64,000 nt of DNA, taken from positions 806,001 to 870,000 of the forward strand of contig JBHGNT010000015.1 of NCBI GenBank assembly GCA_043228905.1. The letters run 5' to 3'. The DNA is from Azolla caroliniana. Lineage: Eukaryota > Plantae > Polypodiophyta. This document shows positions 1 through 14,755 of this stretch, in pieces; the first letter of the stretch is position 1, and each line of letters starts with the position of its first letter. The notes below the pieces were generated by a model. The model saw only the letters and a program-made list of their open reading frames with translations. It had not been told where the DNA came from and searched no databases. The translations under genes and the position numbers were made by a program.

Positions 1-87
1 AGATGAGGGAGCTCTAGCTTCGAGGGGGGTAGAGAGAGAGAGAGAGAGAGTTCAAAAACTTAGAAGAATAATTATAAAAGTTCAAAC

Positions 88-390
88 TTTTTTTTTTCCA
101 TAAAAGGAGCTACTTTCCCATTAGTTAGGAGATTTTTATAGAAAGGTTACACTAAGGTGGCTTATATATATATACATATATATCGGGGAATCACCCCCTG
201 GCCGAGTTCCAAAATACGAGAAAGCAACTATGGCTACGTGCATATCCTCTCATATTTTCTACTTAATGTAAGTAGGTACCTAGAGCTATAAACATACATA
301 TTTTCAAATGCATCGTTGGTCAGCACGAGCCTGATCCCCCGGCCCTTAACGAAGGGTGGGTGGGATGTGAGTTGGAAACAACAATCAATG
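88..390 (-). mobile_element. 3'-end remnant of a LINE-like family (poly(A) tail = T-run at 88-97)
   Basis: Shares ~280 bp (gctactttcccattagttaggag...tctacttaatgtaagtaggtacctagagctataaa...) with 15680-16025, where the same sequence joins an ORF2-like C-terminal fragment. Confidence 0.55.
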
Positions 391-2065
391 TCTCTCTTTT
401 TTAGTAGTCATATGTTCTTAAGTTTTTTAAGTGTTAGGCACACTTTTCCTTAGCCTTCAAGATATCTCCAATCTGGTTATAACCTCCCAGTGTCACAATA
501 GACTGCACTCATTCCAAATATTGTTACCAGTAGGGATGCATAAATCTAGGGGCATATTATGTTCCTAAACATCCAGAATGACATGAACAATATAAAATGC
601 TTATGGTGATTGTTGACAGATGCACATGGGCTTCATTGAAAGGTGTGTGATCTTATATATACGACCCTAGGTCCTTATTCTCGTTATGAAGTGATCATCT
701 CTCTTGGCATTTTGCCTTTGCAATTGTCACGTGTGTATCAATAGCGTGGTCATGACAAACATCCGGGTAAATATTGACCTATTTGTTAGTAATGCCTCGT
801 CTTAAGGCAAGATTATGTTAACCCTATTATTGGAGGCAATTGATATGTTTGCATTTACTTTGGTATTGCATTGATGGCATTTGCAATGTTTTGTTCTGAG
901 TTGTGGATCCCAAGAGGGGTATAAAACTTAAGAGTCTCTATTGCTTCGGCTGATGGGATGATTTCTTTCAAATTGTTTATTCTATAATAACTCTTGATAC
1001 TGCCCTATAAAACAAATAAAAATAAAAATTCTTGATATCACCCTTTTGCATGCCCTCATCAATTGTGCTTTTCACATTACTTTGTGTACATGGAAGTTTG
1101 GAACTATGTATGAAAATTATACTCAACTTATGTGATGCCATATGACGATGCATTTTGAGCTAGATGAGCTTCATGATAGCAACATGTTGAAGGATCAATG
1201 CTCTAAACTACACAAATTATATGCATGACATCAAGAATGAACTCATGCCAAGAGTGTTTGTGTAAGGAGATGGGTTAATATTGAACATGGTAAATATGTG
1301 TAGAGAACTAACAACCTAAATGCTCTCAAACTTTTTTGGATGCGACAAATCATGTGTTATTATCACATTCTAATGGGGCATGGATTCAATCAACAAATGA
1401 TTGTATGCAACCATTTACTTGATTAGGGTATTAAGGTGGCTTCAAAATAAAATAAAAGGACATTTAGAAGCTAAGTTTTTGGCCAAAACAAAGGGATTTA
1501 TGTAAAGCATTTTTGTCGTTGGCTCAAAAGGAACAAGAAAAGGTAATCTTTGGTATAAATTCGGAAAGTTGAGAAAAAACATGTCTTGGACGTTTGCTAG
1601 TAGATAAGCACTTATAAGGTAAAGAAACATAAAGCAAATATGTGAATTTATTGTGACAAACATTATGGAAAGAGTGAAAACTCGTCAATGACAAAGAAGG
1701 TTTTAGATTATTTAATAGTATGTATTTTAGATTGTATTAGTTTATGCTATCGTGGGTCAAATTGCTTAAAGATGAGAACAAATATTGGTCGCATAGAAAT
1801 GTTTGTTTCATGGTATACTCATTGTTCAAATGAGAGTTATTTATTTGTGGTCAATTAATTCCAATAATGTCACAAAAGGATCTCAAAGTGAAATTCTTGT
1901 AAGTTGTAATACTCTCTGTGATTGGTGTGATTAAAGATGTCATCTTGTTGCATATTTGCCCCTTAATCATGAATTATTAGTTGCACATAGCCATTGGGCA
2001 ATGAATCTTCTCATGGGTGTTGTACTTACAAATTCATCTTAGTCCACCCTCATCTTTGTGTAGAA

Positions 2066-3150
2066 CTTTTATTTTTATTTTTAAAGGAAGATGCATCTTA
2101 GTATATTACTTGAAAAGTCTACATAGGAAAAACAGAAGGAGACATTTCATCTCACTTCTTGTTGTAAGATACAAAAGCTAGTACATCTTATCAAACAGAT
2201 GATGTCATATATGAACAAGTAGAACAATACTTACTATCCACTATCCAACATAAAAGAAGGTATGACATAATTCCACTTTGGACTAGCAATTGTCTCTGAA
2301 AATAACTGGAGTCCTTGTCATTGGTTCTTAAAGGCCACTTGACGTTGCCACAACACATCATCTGAACCTTGCAGATCATCATATTGACCATGTAGTGTGT
2401 GAACAAACAACATCCAGAATTCAATAAGCATGGTGTTTAGTTGTATATGGACATTGTAAAAAACAAAATCACATCTCGTTTTCCATATTATCCAAAGAGC
2501 CAATGATGTAATTGTACGCCAAATGACCTGATTTTAAATTTTGAACCGTGAAATAGAATAAGGAAACGAGGTGAGAGAGAGGTTTCCATAAGAAAAACGA
2601 AAAACATGAGAAGCTTGCATACTTTCATACCTCATAACCTCTCCATGAAGGACACCCCACAATACTGCACCCCAAGAGAATATCGAACGAGAGTAGTGTT
2701 GTCTCAACAATAAAAACAAATTACTCCAAAATTTCTTGATCTTGGGACATAACCAAAACACATGCAAAATCGATTCAGTAGGTGCGCCACAATGCAATCC
2801 ACAAGCATATTGTTGATGTTGTCTCAACCAATCACCAACAGGGAGAGCATAATGAATCAACAAACATCGAAAGCAAATGATTTTTTTCGGCAATTGCATG
2901 CTCCACAACCATTTCAAAAAATTTGCAAGTTGTAAATCCTGCACATTATTCGTGAACCAGTGCTTCATGCCAACAAGGCATTTATACTTTGATTGCAACA
3001 ATACATTTCTACCTAGCTTAACCGAATATTGGAAAAACTCCAAATGTTTACCATTTCCACCAAACTAGCTTAGAACTTATTTTGTAGGTTTACAAACATT
3101 TGGATAACATATATCTTGATGTAATCTACGGAAAATGTTGTGCTCCATAG
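2066..3150 (-). mobile_element. 5'-truncated L1-type LINE remnant (zf-RVT-like C-terminal region of ORF2)
   Basis: ORF 2534-3043 reads LWSMQLPKKIICFRCLLIHYALPVGD...CG..ESILHVFWLCP..KKFW, typical of the plant LINE zinc-binding region; T-rich tail near 2067-2082. Confidence 0.75.
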
Positions 3151-3990
3151 AGTTTACAATACACAAGAATAAAATTTAAGAATTGTAGGTTAAGTATCAT
3201 GTTCCTTTTATACAATTCACGCTACATCTTGTCCAACTAACAACGTAAACAACTATAATTTTGAAAGGAGAGATAGGAGATGTGTGTTATTTGCTTCCTA
3301 AACGGCAACAACAAAAATGGTGGAGATTAGTTAGTTGGGTGGATGTTTTATCGACACTTTGTAAGATTACAAGAAATTTTACATGCACATGATGTAGTTG
3401 TGTGAAGGAAGTAGGGTTACTTTTTCACAATATGAAACCAAGAGCTACAAGCACTCGATCAATGTCATATTTAGTGGCATAACCTTTAATATAGTGATAA
3501 GTTATTAGGTTATTGATGGAAGGACGTGAGTTCAAATATTGACTTAAAACTACGACGACTATCTGCCACACTAGTGAATTGAACTAAATACTTGCTCATG
3601 TCCAAACAATTAACACAACTACGAGTATAATGACCTCTTTCTAGATATTTGTAAATTTTATGCGCACGGCTCTAAGTTAACATAACTATAAATACATATA
3701 GTTATTTCTTTTTCAATATTTGAAAGTTCTTTATGCACATGCCCATAATTCCCATGGTCTCCAAATAGTTAAAACTTAACACAACTATAGTGATATTTAC
3801 TTCTTTTTCAATATTTGAAAATTTTGCGCATGTTTTTTTCACAATTTCCTATATACAAGAACCTATTCTAAAGAGAGAGAGAGAGAGGATGTCAATCAAC
3901 CCTATGCTTCTTAAAAAACAACGTTTAATGCGCGCCAATAAATATGCATAGACAGCACAATTCTACAAAAAAGTAGCATTCACCAAAGCT

Positions 3991-4418
3991 TTACATGTCA
4001 TTTGTGTTGTCTTTTGGGGCTTTGATGTACCATTGATCAAGTCAATTGATGAAAATTTGAGAAGGTGTGTATGAGATATATACATAACACACACATACTT
4101 AGAAATGCTCGCATGAATACAATAACAATTTCATCACTATACATCATTGTATAATATGTGGTGGCTATTTTCAAAATTCAAACTTCTTACGCGCTACGCT
4201 ACCTTACATGTCATTCGTGTTGTCTTTTGGGGCTTTGATGTACCATTGATCAAGTCAATTGATGAAAAATTTAGAAGGTGCGTATGAGATATATACATAA
4301 CACACACATACTTAGAAATGCTCGCATGAATACAATAACAATTTCATCAATATACATCATTATATAATATATGGTGGCTATTTTCAAAATTCAAACTTCT
4401 TACGCGTTGCGCTACCTT
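3991..4418. repeat. Two-copy tandem duplication, period 213 bp
   Basis: ttacatgtcatt(t/c)gtgttgtcttttgggg... starts at 3991 and again at 4204; copies differ by a few substitutions. Confidence 0.95.
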
Positions 4419-6826
4419 CATTTTTCTCCTTCTAGTTCATTCTAGAAATTCAATGGGCAAAGCCCACTTCCCCGTGTATGTCATTCTCTCCCTCTTGCAA
4501 TCCTTTAAGACAACGAAAGTGACATCTTCTACCTTCAATGATGCATGATTGTATGAATCTCAAGAGTGTACGTCCCTCCTATGCTCATCGTTTACCGTAA
4601 CTTTGGAGATATCAATGCCATTATTCAATTTGTACTTTTCCCGGATGAAAACTCGTGAACTTATTTATCTTTTACCCAACACATGGATAACAGGGAAATT
4701 TAGGATATTTGTTCTTCATTTAGCTAAGTAAATAAATTGGGACAAGATGGACATCCACATTGCATATATAGAGAAAATGCGAAATGCCACATCTTTAGTT
4801 CATTAGACTTTGGGACAATGAATTAGACTCGAAGGGGACATCATCTTCCAACGAATGAAGAGATCAACTATATGAATTGGCAGTGTTGTAAGAGTAAAAA
4901 GATCCTTTCAACATCATTCACTTCAATATAATACACAATGATCCACAACCCAAATTGGTCAACTTTCATTTTTTTTATTCATAAAATTTGCCAAAATTTG
5001 TTTTGTATTCACAATTATTAGTTTGTTTTTTCTTCTAATTCTCTTGTTTTAAAACAAAGCAAAGGTTTGCCAAATTGCCCATGTACATTTTATCCTTTCA
5101 CTCCTAATTTCTATCCATAATAACATATGACATACATGCATACATACCATGCTAAAGAGCTCCAACACATAGTGTGCGTAGTGAAGGCGTGACTATTGTA
5201 CGATACTAAATAAAATCTAGCATCATAGGAAGCACCTATTCAATGATTGCAGAATCAAACATGCATTCTAAATTCCAATGCACCACATAATTGATTGTAA
5301 TTGCTAGGCAACTACGTGCGCACCCTTTCTACTTTTAATAAGAATTTAATTAGGATGAAGCATTACATGATCCTTTCTACTTTAAATAATAATCTAATTA
5401 GGATGAAGTATCACACGAAAATGTATCATCACTATGCACAATCACCTTCTTCTATTTTTGACAACACAATCTAGTGAGGATGAGGTGTCATCTGATGATT
5501 TGTCCTTGTTGGGCATACATATATACATTTGTCCTTGATAGGATGTCCTACCTACTCCTAACAATCAAGGTATAAGTATGTTACTATGTACAATCACCAA
5601 AAAATGCAATATGTTAAAATAACATGATACAACAAAAAACACTTTGACCAAATGGATTAGCTATCTAAGTTAAATTAAGGTATGAAAAAGAGACTTAAAA
5701 CTAGCCAGAGTAGGATTGCCAAATTTAGTTATGCATATAATAAGAACAAGCCCGGGCTTTTGCAACCACTCTCAACAAAACAAAAAAGCAAACTAGTTAT
5801 AGCTGTAATTGCCTTAAAATAACACAAAAGAAGTCTTTTAACTATACATGTCTAAGATGCACAAAAAAACAACTCAGAAAAACTCACTTCCTTCTCTGGC
5901 AAAACAGTGTATAAGCAAAGAAAAACAAACAAGAACAGGAGAATCTTTATTTCCTTCTAACCATACCCAAGACACAATTACAGTGCATTACATTACATTA
6001 TTAGCAAAGCTAACTAACTCACCAAAAATACATCATGGAATATACATGGTGGCCAAATCTCTATGAATGGGCACACTTGGTATGCCCATGACATAATCTT
6101 TTGAAATGAAATGTTACCAGAGGGCCTGGCCGGCTATAAGCACAAAGATACCCTCGCACAAGTAGAGAGAGAATATTCAAATACAACATAACAATACCCA
6201 AAACAACAAAAAGTAAAGAAAAACATGTACATTTCAATAATCTGATCCAAAATGTGAACTCGTACTCGCATCTGAAGCCGATGAATGCTGCTTGAGATCA
6301 AGAATACCGACACCACCAAATGAGCCTCATACAGATGTATATATATACACATAAGATTCTATAATACCACCTGATGATAGTAAGAAAACACTAGCGCGGA
6401 TTTAGCACACCTTGCCTGTATCATATTGTATTACAGAAATATGGTAGAAAGCGGCTATACTGATACGACACACCTAACCTTTTGTAATGTAATAATGCTT
6501 CCCTCCACAAAATGTTGCAGAAGACACACGTATTGATGCAAACCAAACCCTTCCGTAATGTAAATGCTTCTCTGCGCCATAATGTTAGACTTTTGTCTAC
6601 CTAAGAGATCACCCCAAAGGAAGGACCTGCCCCAAACTTCTCGAAAATTGCTGCCGCCACTAAGGAAAGGTTAGGGTTCCAAAGTCTCAAAGCTAAATCA
6701 TTATATGCATAGGTTTTCCCATTTAAGACCCAGTGCTGAATGTGGGACTGATGAAGCCCTTGTTTCACATTAGTGCACACAAATTGGACACTAAGAATTC
6801 TTCTTGTGAGGAGCCGTCGGTGGTGA

Positions 6827-7996
6827 TTACAGTTTAACATGGTTGGACACAAATTGGACGTCAAAACCATCCTCCTCTTCCCATCGGGCACTTGGGAATG
6901 AATGCTTGCTATCACGAATGCTTGCATACAAGAATGTCTTAAGACCGATCACTGCCTCGGGGTCTAACTTATAGAGATGCATTTTCTTTTGAGCTTGGCA
7001 TTTAACCTTGTATGCAACCATCATGTGGCCTAGAGCGAGGACCATCGAGCAAGAAAATAGAGAGTAGATCCCCCACGCATGTGGCATGTGAACAATATCT
7101 GGTGTAGTAGGATTCATATGGTTAAACACATCCAAGGAAGCCCTAGGGTTCATGTGAAACATCCCTAGGTGATGATCAGTCCATATTATGGCCTTGACCC
7201 CGAGGATGAGGGCGGACAAAGCAGCGCAAATGGCTGTGGTGCTCACATAAGGCCCATATGTGAGCCTTGGTATACCACATATTGAGTAGACACCTGTACA
7301 AAAAGAAAACGCACATGATTCCACTTTTTTAAACACGCAAAAGGGAGCAACAATCTCACAATTCTGCATTTTTATGCATACAGGGAGAAAGAATGCCATA
7401 ATTCCAAAAGCAAGAGTACAGTTATAGCTTATACCATGTTTTCATGTCTTCGCATGCAAGTGAGCAAACAATGCCATCATTCCACATCCTTATAGATTTA
7501 CACGAGGGTAACAATGCGATGATTTTACATCTTCACACATGCAAAAGAGCAGCAATGCCATGATTTCACATCTTCATACATGCAATAGAGAGCAACATTC
7601 CCACGAATTCACAACTCGACGCATACGAAGAAGCTTAGAAGGTGCCATGGTTCAACAACATGCAGATTTTTACATGCAAAAGTCTTTAAGTTTTTAGGCA
7701 TGGAGATTCATGGACTTACAGAGAATCGCCATGGATCGGATGAGGGACATGAGAGGGATGTCGATGAGTGATGTTCGGAAACTATATGATGCCATCCAAT
7801 CATGGCTGAGCTTAAAACATGAGGTACAACAAGCAAATAGAGACAACAATACACATGGCGCTATGATATCTGTGATTGATACGAGAAGTGGCGCCGAAGA
7901 AACCAGGAAAGATGATACCATAATGACCATAAAAAATATGGTTCGCCCTGCTCTCTTTATGGCCTCTGTTCCAATTCTCCCTCTTCCTGATCCCAT
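6827..7996 (-). CDS. Plant-specific multi-pass membrane protein, 247 aa, similar to the N-terminal membrane region of a plant alpha/beta-hydrolase family but lacking the hydrolase domain
   Basis: Exons 7996-7720 and 7293-6827, GT-AG intron, 744 nt in frame. Motifs RTIFFMVIMVSSFLVSSAP, YSFRTSLIDIPLMSLIRS, YGPYV, GHMMVAYKVKCQAQKK..LDPEAV. A likely 5'UTR intron has its donor near 8278. Confidence 0.85.
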
Positions 7997-8308
7997 TGTA
8001 TAGGAAATGAAATAGAACAGGGAAAATCGATTATGAGGTAGGAAAAGGTCCCGTAAAATCTTGCTTAGGAACCCTAAACATTCAAGCTTCCATGGCTTCC
8101 CTTCAGCTTCCAACCTAGGTCTAAATAAATGATTGTGAAGCTTCTTGTCTGTGACTGGATCTGGCAAAAGGGGTGAAAGATTCCCTGCATTACTAGTTTT
8201 TCCTTCTTCTTCTTTTTTAAAAAAAACAGATAAAGGAAGGAGATTGGTGAGATAAAGGCCTGTGAAGAAGACGCTTACCAGAAATGTTTTCCCTGTGTGC
8301 TTTATTTT

Positions 8309-8329
8309 GGGGGGGGGGGGGGGGGGGGG
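8309..8329 (+). repeat. G21 homopolymer in the leader region of the membrane-protein gene
   Basis: 21 consecutive G read directly. Confidence 0.9.
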
Positions 8330-8681
8330 CAAATAAGATGAAAGGGACAGCTCCCAGATAAGGAAGGAAGGAGAGACAGAGGAAGAGAACCCAAAATCAG
8401 AGAAGAAGGCAGGCAGATGGAAGAGAGAAGGGATGAAAATCAAAGAAAGGGAGAGGCCTTCTCTGTCTCTCTGTTTTTTTTGTCTGTGTGTCTCTCTGTA
8501 TGTATGTATGTGGGCGAATTCCATAGGTGTAATATATACATACATATAAATACTATGTACATTGTACATTAACAAAAATAGCGAACCTTTTTTAAAGAGA
8601 CTAAACTCTTCCTTCTTTAAGTTCTTCTTCTTATGTATAGATTTGACTTTCAAACCCCAAAGTCTTTTGCTTCATGGTCTC

Positions 8682-8724
<43 letters not shown>

Positions 8725-8872
8725 TTGATGCATAGCTTTTTAAGATCCCTATAAGATGGGGCTTGGCCCATGGCAAGGATTAAAGTTCGGTCTCTCAATT
8801 TTATGACTTTTATGCTATGGCGTAAACCATGAAGGCAACAATCAAAGAGAGAGTGAGAGAGTAAGTCTATAC

Positions 8873-8903
<31 letters not shown>

Positions 8904-8920
8904 AGCATTTCAGAACGTTC

Positions 8921-10041
8921 CTCTCCCTACATAAGCATATGATAGGTAGAGGAGACTAAGAAGTGTTGTAACTAAGTGGATTTTACATACAATTAATATG
9001 TATAATTGTGTACTTTTACCGAGAGAGAGAGAGAGAGAGAGCGAATTGGCAATTCAACATGTTCCACTACCCATGCAGTGTAGTCAATGGGTGACCATAC
9101 TCCATTGTCACACCCATTGTAAGTAGTGTTTTTTACACACATTTTTTAATATAATTGTGTGTTTTCACAGAGAGAGAGAGAGAGAGGTCTCTCTACCATC
9201 CACACCTTAAGCTACAATGTGGTCCATGATCCTAGAAAGGATGTTCAAGAAGACTTTCGAATAAGGTACGCCTGTGTGACACTTCTTGTTGGTCGTCCAA
9301 CCTCTCTTCCGTGCCTTTGCTTACGAGGCGACCATTGAACATGGATGGTTTATGAGATCTTACACCTTGAGGTTTCACTCGGTTGCGGACATATCATGAG
9401 TCGTTTGGATTCTACATGCCAATTGTGATGCTCTTTTTCCGTCATCCTCTAATTAATGAATGACACACTTGTAGACTATTGTTATGTCCCCTCGTTTCAT
9501 TGTTGGTATGTTGAAGCAGCCTCTTGTAGGCATGTGATTCAGTCTTATGGATGTTTTCACGTTGATCACACCTCCACCTGTCTCCATTGATGACTCCAAT
9601 TTGCCATGCCTCATCTTATAGATCAGTGAGAGTTGGAATGCTTCAACATCTAGTTTTCAAAAGCATCAGAATAACTATGTTGACATGAAGTCTAGTTATT
9701 GCATCCTACTAGATAATGTAGCCTCTCGTCAACTCGTGATAGGAGGTAGTGGATACATGTCCCTCGTGCCTCTTGATTGCTAAGTTCTAACCGACAACAT
9801 GACATTCTAACATTTTATTACCCTACACAAAATCTATGGTTATCGATGGAAATGAAACTAGGCCTAGTATAAAGTCATTTCCTTGTAGAACATGTTTTTT
9901 GCTAGAACTCTTTGATTTACGTCCTTTCTTTTTCTTTTTCTTTTTTCACTTTCGATGAATGGGTAAATACCTCATTTTTATTGTAAACCAATTGTTTCAT
10001 GGGCCAATTTTGGTCTTAGAAGACGTTAATATATCTTTCTT

Positions 10042-10095
<54 letters not shown>

Positions 10096-10183
10096 AAAAA
10101 CACACAATTATATTAATTGTATGTAAAATCCATAGTTACAACACTTCTTAGTCTCTTCTACCTAACTATCCTATGTAGGGAGA
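8921..10183. repeat. Pair of ~120-bp inverted repeats, each attached to a (GA)n/(TC)n tract, ~1 kb apart
   Basis: 8921-9041 (ctccctacata...gagactaagaagtgttgtaac...ggattttacatacaattaata...ttttaccgagaga) matches the reverse complement of 10047-10183. A third partial copy lies at ~9115-9186. Confidence 0.85.
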
Positions 10184-13100
10184 GGGGCATCCAGTAGTGC
10201 CATTAAAAAACCTGAATATGCATTTGAGGAAATGAGCCCCACATGCTTTAACATCAAGAAATTCCACATAAGAATACCTTTCAACTTCTTCATATCGGCT
10301 TTCACCCCGTATTTATTATCAAACATGAAAGCATTACACATATTCCAATTGTCTTGTAGTCCTCAATAACGTAAAAATTGGAGCAATATCTCCATCTCAT
10401 CATTTGAACCATTTTGAACATACTAAGAAAAAACCCATTGTTGAGGTCTCAAACAACAATAGGTTAAAATTTGCCAAACTTATGATAAATACTTCCAAAT
10501 AGTGCACGTTGTAGGACATTTAATGAATCTATGTGTATTGTCATCCAATGGAATGGTGCAAAAGAAACAAGTCCCTTAGTCCTCGTCTCTTTAAGGCTGA
10601 ATCTAATGGAAACCCACCGATCATGACTCTCCATATGAATACCTTTGCACGAAATGGCAGATTGAATGGCAACCACGTTGTAATATTTTCCACCACCTTG
10701 CATTTGACTTAGATACATTCCATACCTTTTTTTATTTAGGTGATAGCCAAGATAATGATGTCAATGCATGATGATACAATATATTTGTAGTGATCTCTCT
10801 CTCTCTCCCTCTCCACACAAACACATACGTGCAAATGCCTTCTACATTAGATTTCTCTTTAAGGGGGGTAGAGTGTAGTAGCCAAGGGCAAGAAAAAGAG
10901 ATGATTTTGTCACCCATGACTTAGAACATAAGGACTCTAACCACTCACTTTATCTATTATCTCCCGAAACAACCATGCTTCAGTCAGAGTTCTACTTATA
11001 ACCACATATATGCTATACTAATAAGGAACTATTGCTTAATTAGTTTAATTGAGTGGAGAGGGTAGGTTTGGTTATTAGCATTACCTTAAGGTAACGAAAC
11101 CCTTCATTTCTAGAAATTGTAAAATCATATATTTAAGAGGATCTAATGTTGCATGAAACAAGAACTTCAATAAAATTTATCCTAGGCCTCATATCAAACA
11201 TGCAATTCAAATATCAAGGATTGTTTTATGGATTTGAACTCACAACTATAAGGCTCTCAACACTAAGATGTGGGTTTAAATCCTTGCTTTTGCACATATA
11301 TGCCACACCATAGATCACTTTTGCTCAACTAGATGCCATACATATGAATCAATTTAACAACCCCCCATCTCCAAACAATTGGCATCTAAACTATGGAAGA
11401 ATTTAATATAGGTTATGTGAATTACATAATGTGATAAATCAATTGATTCTAGAAAAGTTATGTGATTAATCATGTAGTTAGGGACAAGACACAATTAATT
11501 TCTTTATGGATGAATGATCAATTGCATGGAATGGAAGAATCATTAAAGAACATGAGGCAAACATTCATGTTTGTAACACCCATCATAGTATTGGTGGGAA
11601 ACCTCTAGAAGAGGTCAAAACATTTACACTACACCAAAAGCCTTTTCTGTATGCAAATCCATGAATAGGTATCACTCATCTTGCGCGCAAGTAGTTCAAC
11701 AAACAATTTGTAAACCATTGACACATGCGTGATCGGTTGCTAGTCTACTAGAGCTTCACATGTGGCCTTTTTCTAGATGAGTTTTGATACTCCTCATTTC
11801 CTACACTTGGTAATTCTCTTAAATTCCATGCATTATTTATTAGATTAAGCATCAAGATATTTGAGTCATCCCTTAACCAAAGATAAACTTTGGCAATCAC
11901 ATCCGCCCTACAAAGGTGCTTTTCCATTTACGAAGATTATGGAAGACTGATTGTTTAAAAAGAAACCATACTCTTGTTTATCATTCATGCTTCAATGGGA
12001 GCAGATAACCTTAATATTAATCGATCAAGAGAGAAAGGATCATACACTCCTTAATAGACGCGTTGCATAAAATGCTTATAATATATTGGTTCACATTCCA
12101 TGATCTTGCAAACAATTAAGTCATTCCTCATAATCAGAAAATGGGAATTAGAGGATCTAGAAACAGACATGACTCTCGAGAAATAGAAATAGGTAAATAT
12201 TTTTCCAACCATCTATGCAAATTTAAGGGAAGGGAGACCATTTTGTTTCAATCTTAAACACACTAAAATTGCTAATATTTGGGGGGCTATAGAGAGTTGG
12301 ATTCTATTGGTTGTGACATAGTTAGCATTGAGAACTCATCCAATCTTACATTCAAGAACTTCTCCAATCTTACATTGTGTGAATAGATAGTCTCCAAGCA
12401 CCCAATATCAAGTTCATACTCTTGAACTTTCTAGATGGGCATATCATTACTTTCTATCGCATCAATCTCTAGCTTATATTTTGACACAAAGACAATAAGT
12501 AGCACATATACATTATTGGGTTCAAATCAAAATGTACCATCACTAGCACCAACACATATCCAATCACAAGCGAAAACTAGATGCAAACTCAAACTCAAAC
12601 ACAAACAATGTGCCTTGGAAAGTGATAAGTTTGAAAATTTTAGTTAATGATCTCCACTGTAAATAATAATGAACTAGGCCTACAACATCCCTTATAGACA
12701 AATTCTTCTCGTACTCTGTTTGAAAACATGTTTTTTGTTGTATATTAAGAATGTATATATAAAGTCCGCCGAGGGTCCTCCTCGAGAGAACACATTTTAG
12801 TTTCATATTAAATCAATAATATTTCAAACAATTCATTTTAGTGAATTATAATGGATTATTACCACAAAGTAACAACTGACTTCCGCCATTGAAGTTTTGA
12901 ACTACACATTGCTTTAACTTATCACGTTGGTTGAGTATTGTTCCTACCTCACAAGATACTTTGACATTTATAATGTTTGTTTAGGTGGTTCACATAAGCT
13001 CACTCTTGAGAAAGCATTGTTAATTGTAGATGGATATATTCACCTTCGGAAATACAATTTATGCCACTTTATATGAGGTTATCATGCACGTGGGTTGTAA

Positions 13101-14755
13101 ATTATACTACAAACAAGTATGATATAACTAAATACCAATATATAATTCTCATGAATGTGTGTGGATGTGGATGTGGATTTGTTTGTGCTTGCAAATTTCT
13201 GGAAAGTTAGTAGAATATGAAAAGACTTTTCTTTCTTGGAGAACAAGTTGATGTGAACAACTCCAAATTTCCTCGCGGAGTCACGACATTGCCAAAGGTA
13301 TTGGACTGAATTTGCTCGTTTGGACCTAGATTATAAGTTATAGATAGAAGACAACAATAATTTAGCTTGACTTTATTTCTCTTCAAACAAGAAACCTATA
13401 CATTAGTTCAAAAGCCTAATTATATATAAAAAAACTACCGTATTCTTTATGAACTTGATTGTTGCACAATTAGTTCTCTAATGTTTACGATTCTTTCAAT
13501 ATTATTGGCATATGTTAACCTTTTTTACCCATAAAAATATCCTCCATTGGTATTAACATAAAATGGCCCAATGCAATATACAAAATAGTCCACTATTACA
13601 AAGAAAATTGCAACATAATTAACTAGAGAAGTATTGAACGCTCGTGTAGCTTCAACAGTCTCAACAACACCAACACCGGGTTCAAAAAACCCCATCTTTT
13701 TACAAAGGCATATGTGAACCTTTCATGCATTTACTAAAGCCTAAAGTTCAACTCAATATATTGATGAGTGTTCTTGCTTCTACATAACTCTCTCTCTCTC
13801 TCTCTCTCTACATATATATCTACCTAGTTCATTATTGAATTTTAATTATTGTTGGCATTCACATGGACCAGAAAGACTATAAGCATGGATCTCCTATTCC
13901 AACTTTTGCATGTGGATGCCAACCTATATCAAACTGATCAATGAATGCTAAACTATTGTATTTCCAGATAGACAATTGCCTCAAGTGGCCAAATTGTCTT
14001 TTATGGTTGATTTGTTTATAACAAGATACAATTGCTTGGCTTTGTCCCCACCCACTCCATAATCCTTGTATGCTTGCCAATGCACGCACACCACATATTT
14101 GGAGGAGTGCACATGTATTGTTTATATGTCTATAGTTCTGGTTGATATGAAGACAATCCTTATGACAAAATATAAAAGATTGCTATACTATTGGAGGCAA
14201 CAATGATGATGATTAATCATTCTTAGATTTGTGCAATCTATTTCTTGATCATCACAAACTAAGAATCCAACATTCACATTCCAAATAAATACCCACATAT
14301 AAGATACTATACCGAACTTGGGAACCAAACCAACCAATATAATGAAGCAATATCATCTTGTAATCAATTATTTTATTCAAAACATGCGAATATTACGAAA
14401 TGAAAAGATATGTCAATATTGGAAGGCTAGAATACAAGGTGCCAACCAAATTCATTTTGCAGAGTACACCACCACATGGTATAATAATGACACATCACTA
14501 AAATATCCAACAAGGAAGACCTTAATGAGCTAACAAAACCCATTTGCTACACGTATCTAAACAAAATACAAATTTTAGAAAAACAATATTGAAAATGGAA
14601 TAACAAAGAATAGTCAAAGTTTTAGAAACTCTTATCGAGATTCACTTTCTATGTTGAAAAAGTTGGGGCCAGGGTTTGAAACTTGATATTTGTTGGGGAA
14701 GCACAAGACAATACCACTCTTCCACATGAAAGCTAACAAATCTTTCCCCCACTTG

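Noticed and set aside
7997-8653. N-terminal extension of the 319-aa ORF 7694-8653
   Set aside because: Low-complexity leader and intron sequence including the poly-C run; homology starts at the ATG at 7996.
10200-14700. Scattered short ORFs suggestive of decayed LINE or Copia sequence
   Set aside because: Too degenerate to assign a family or boundaries by eye.
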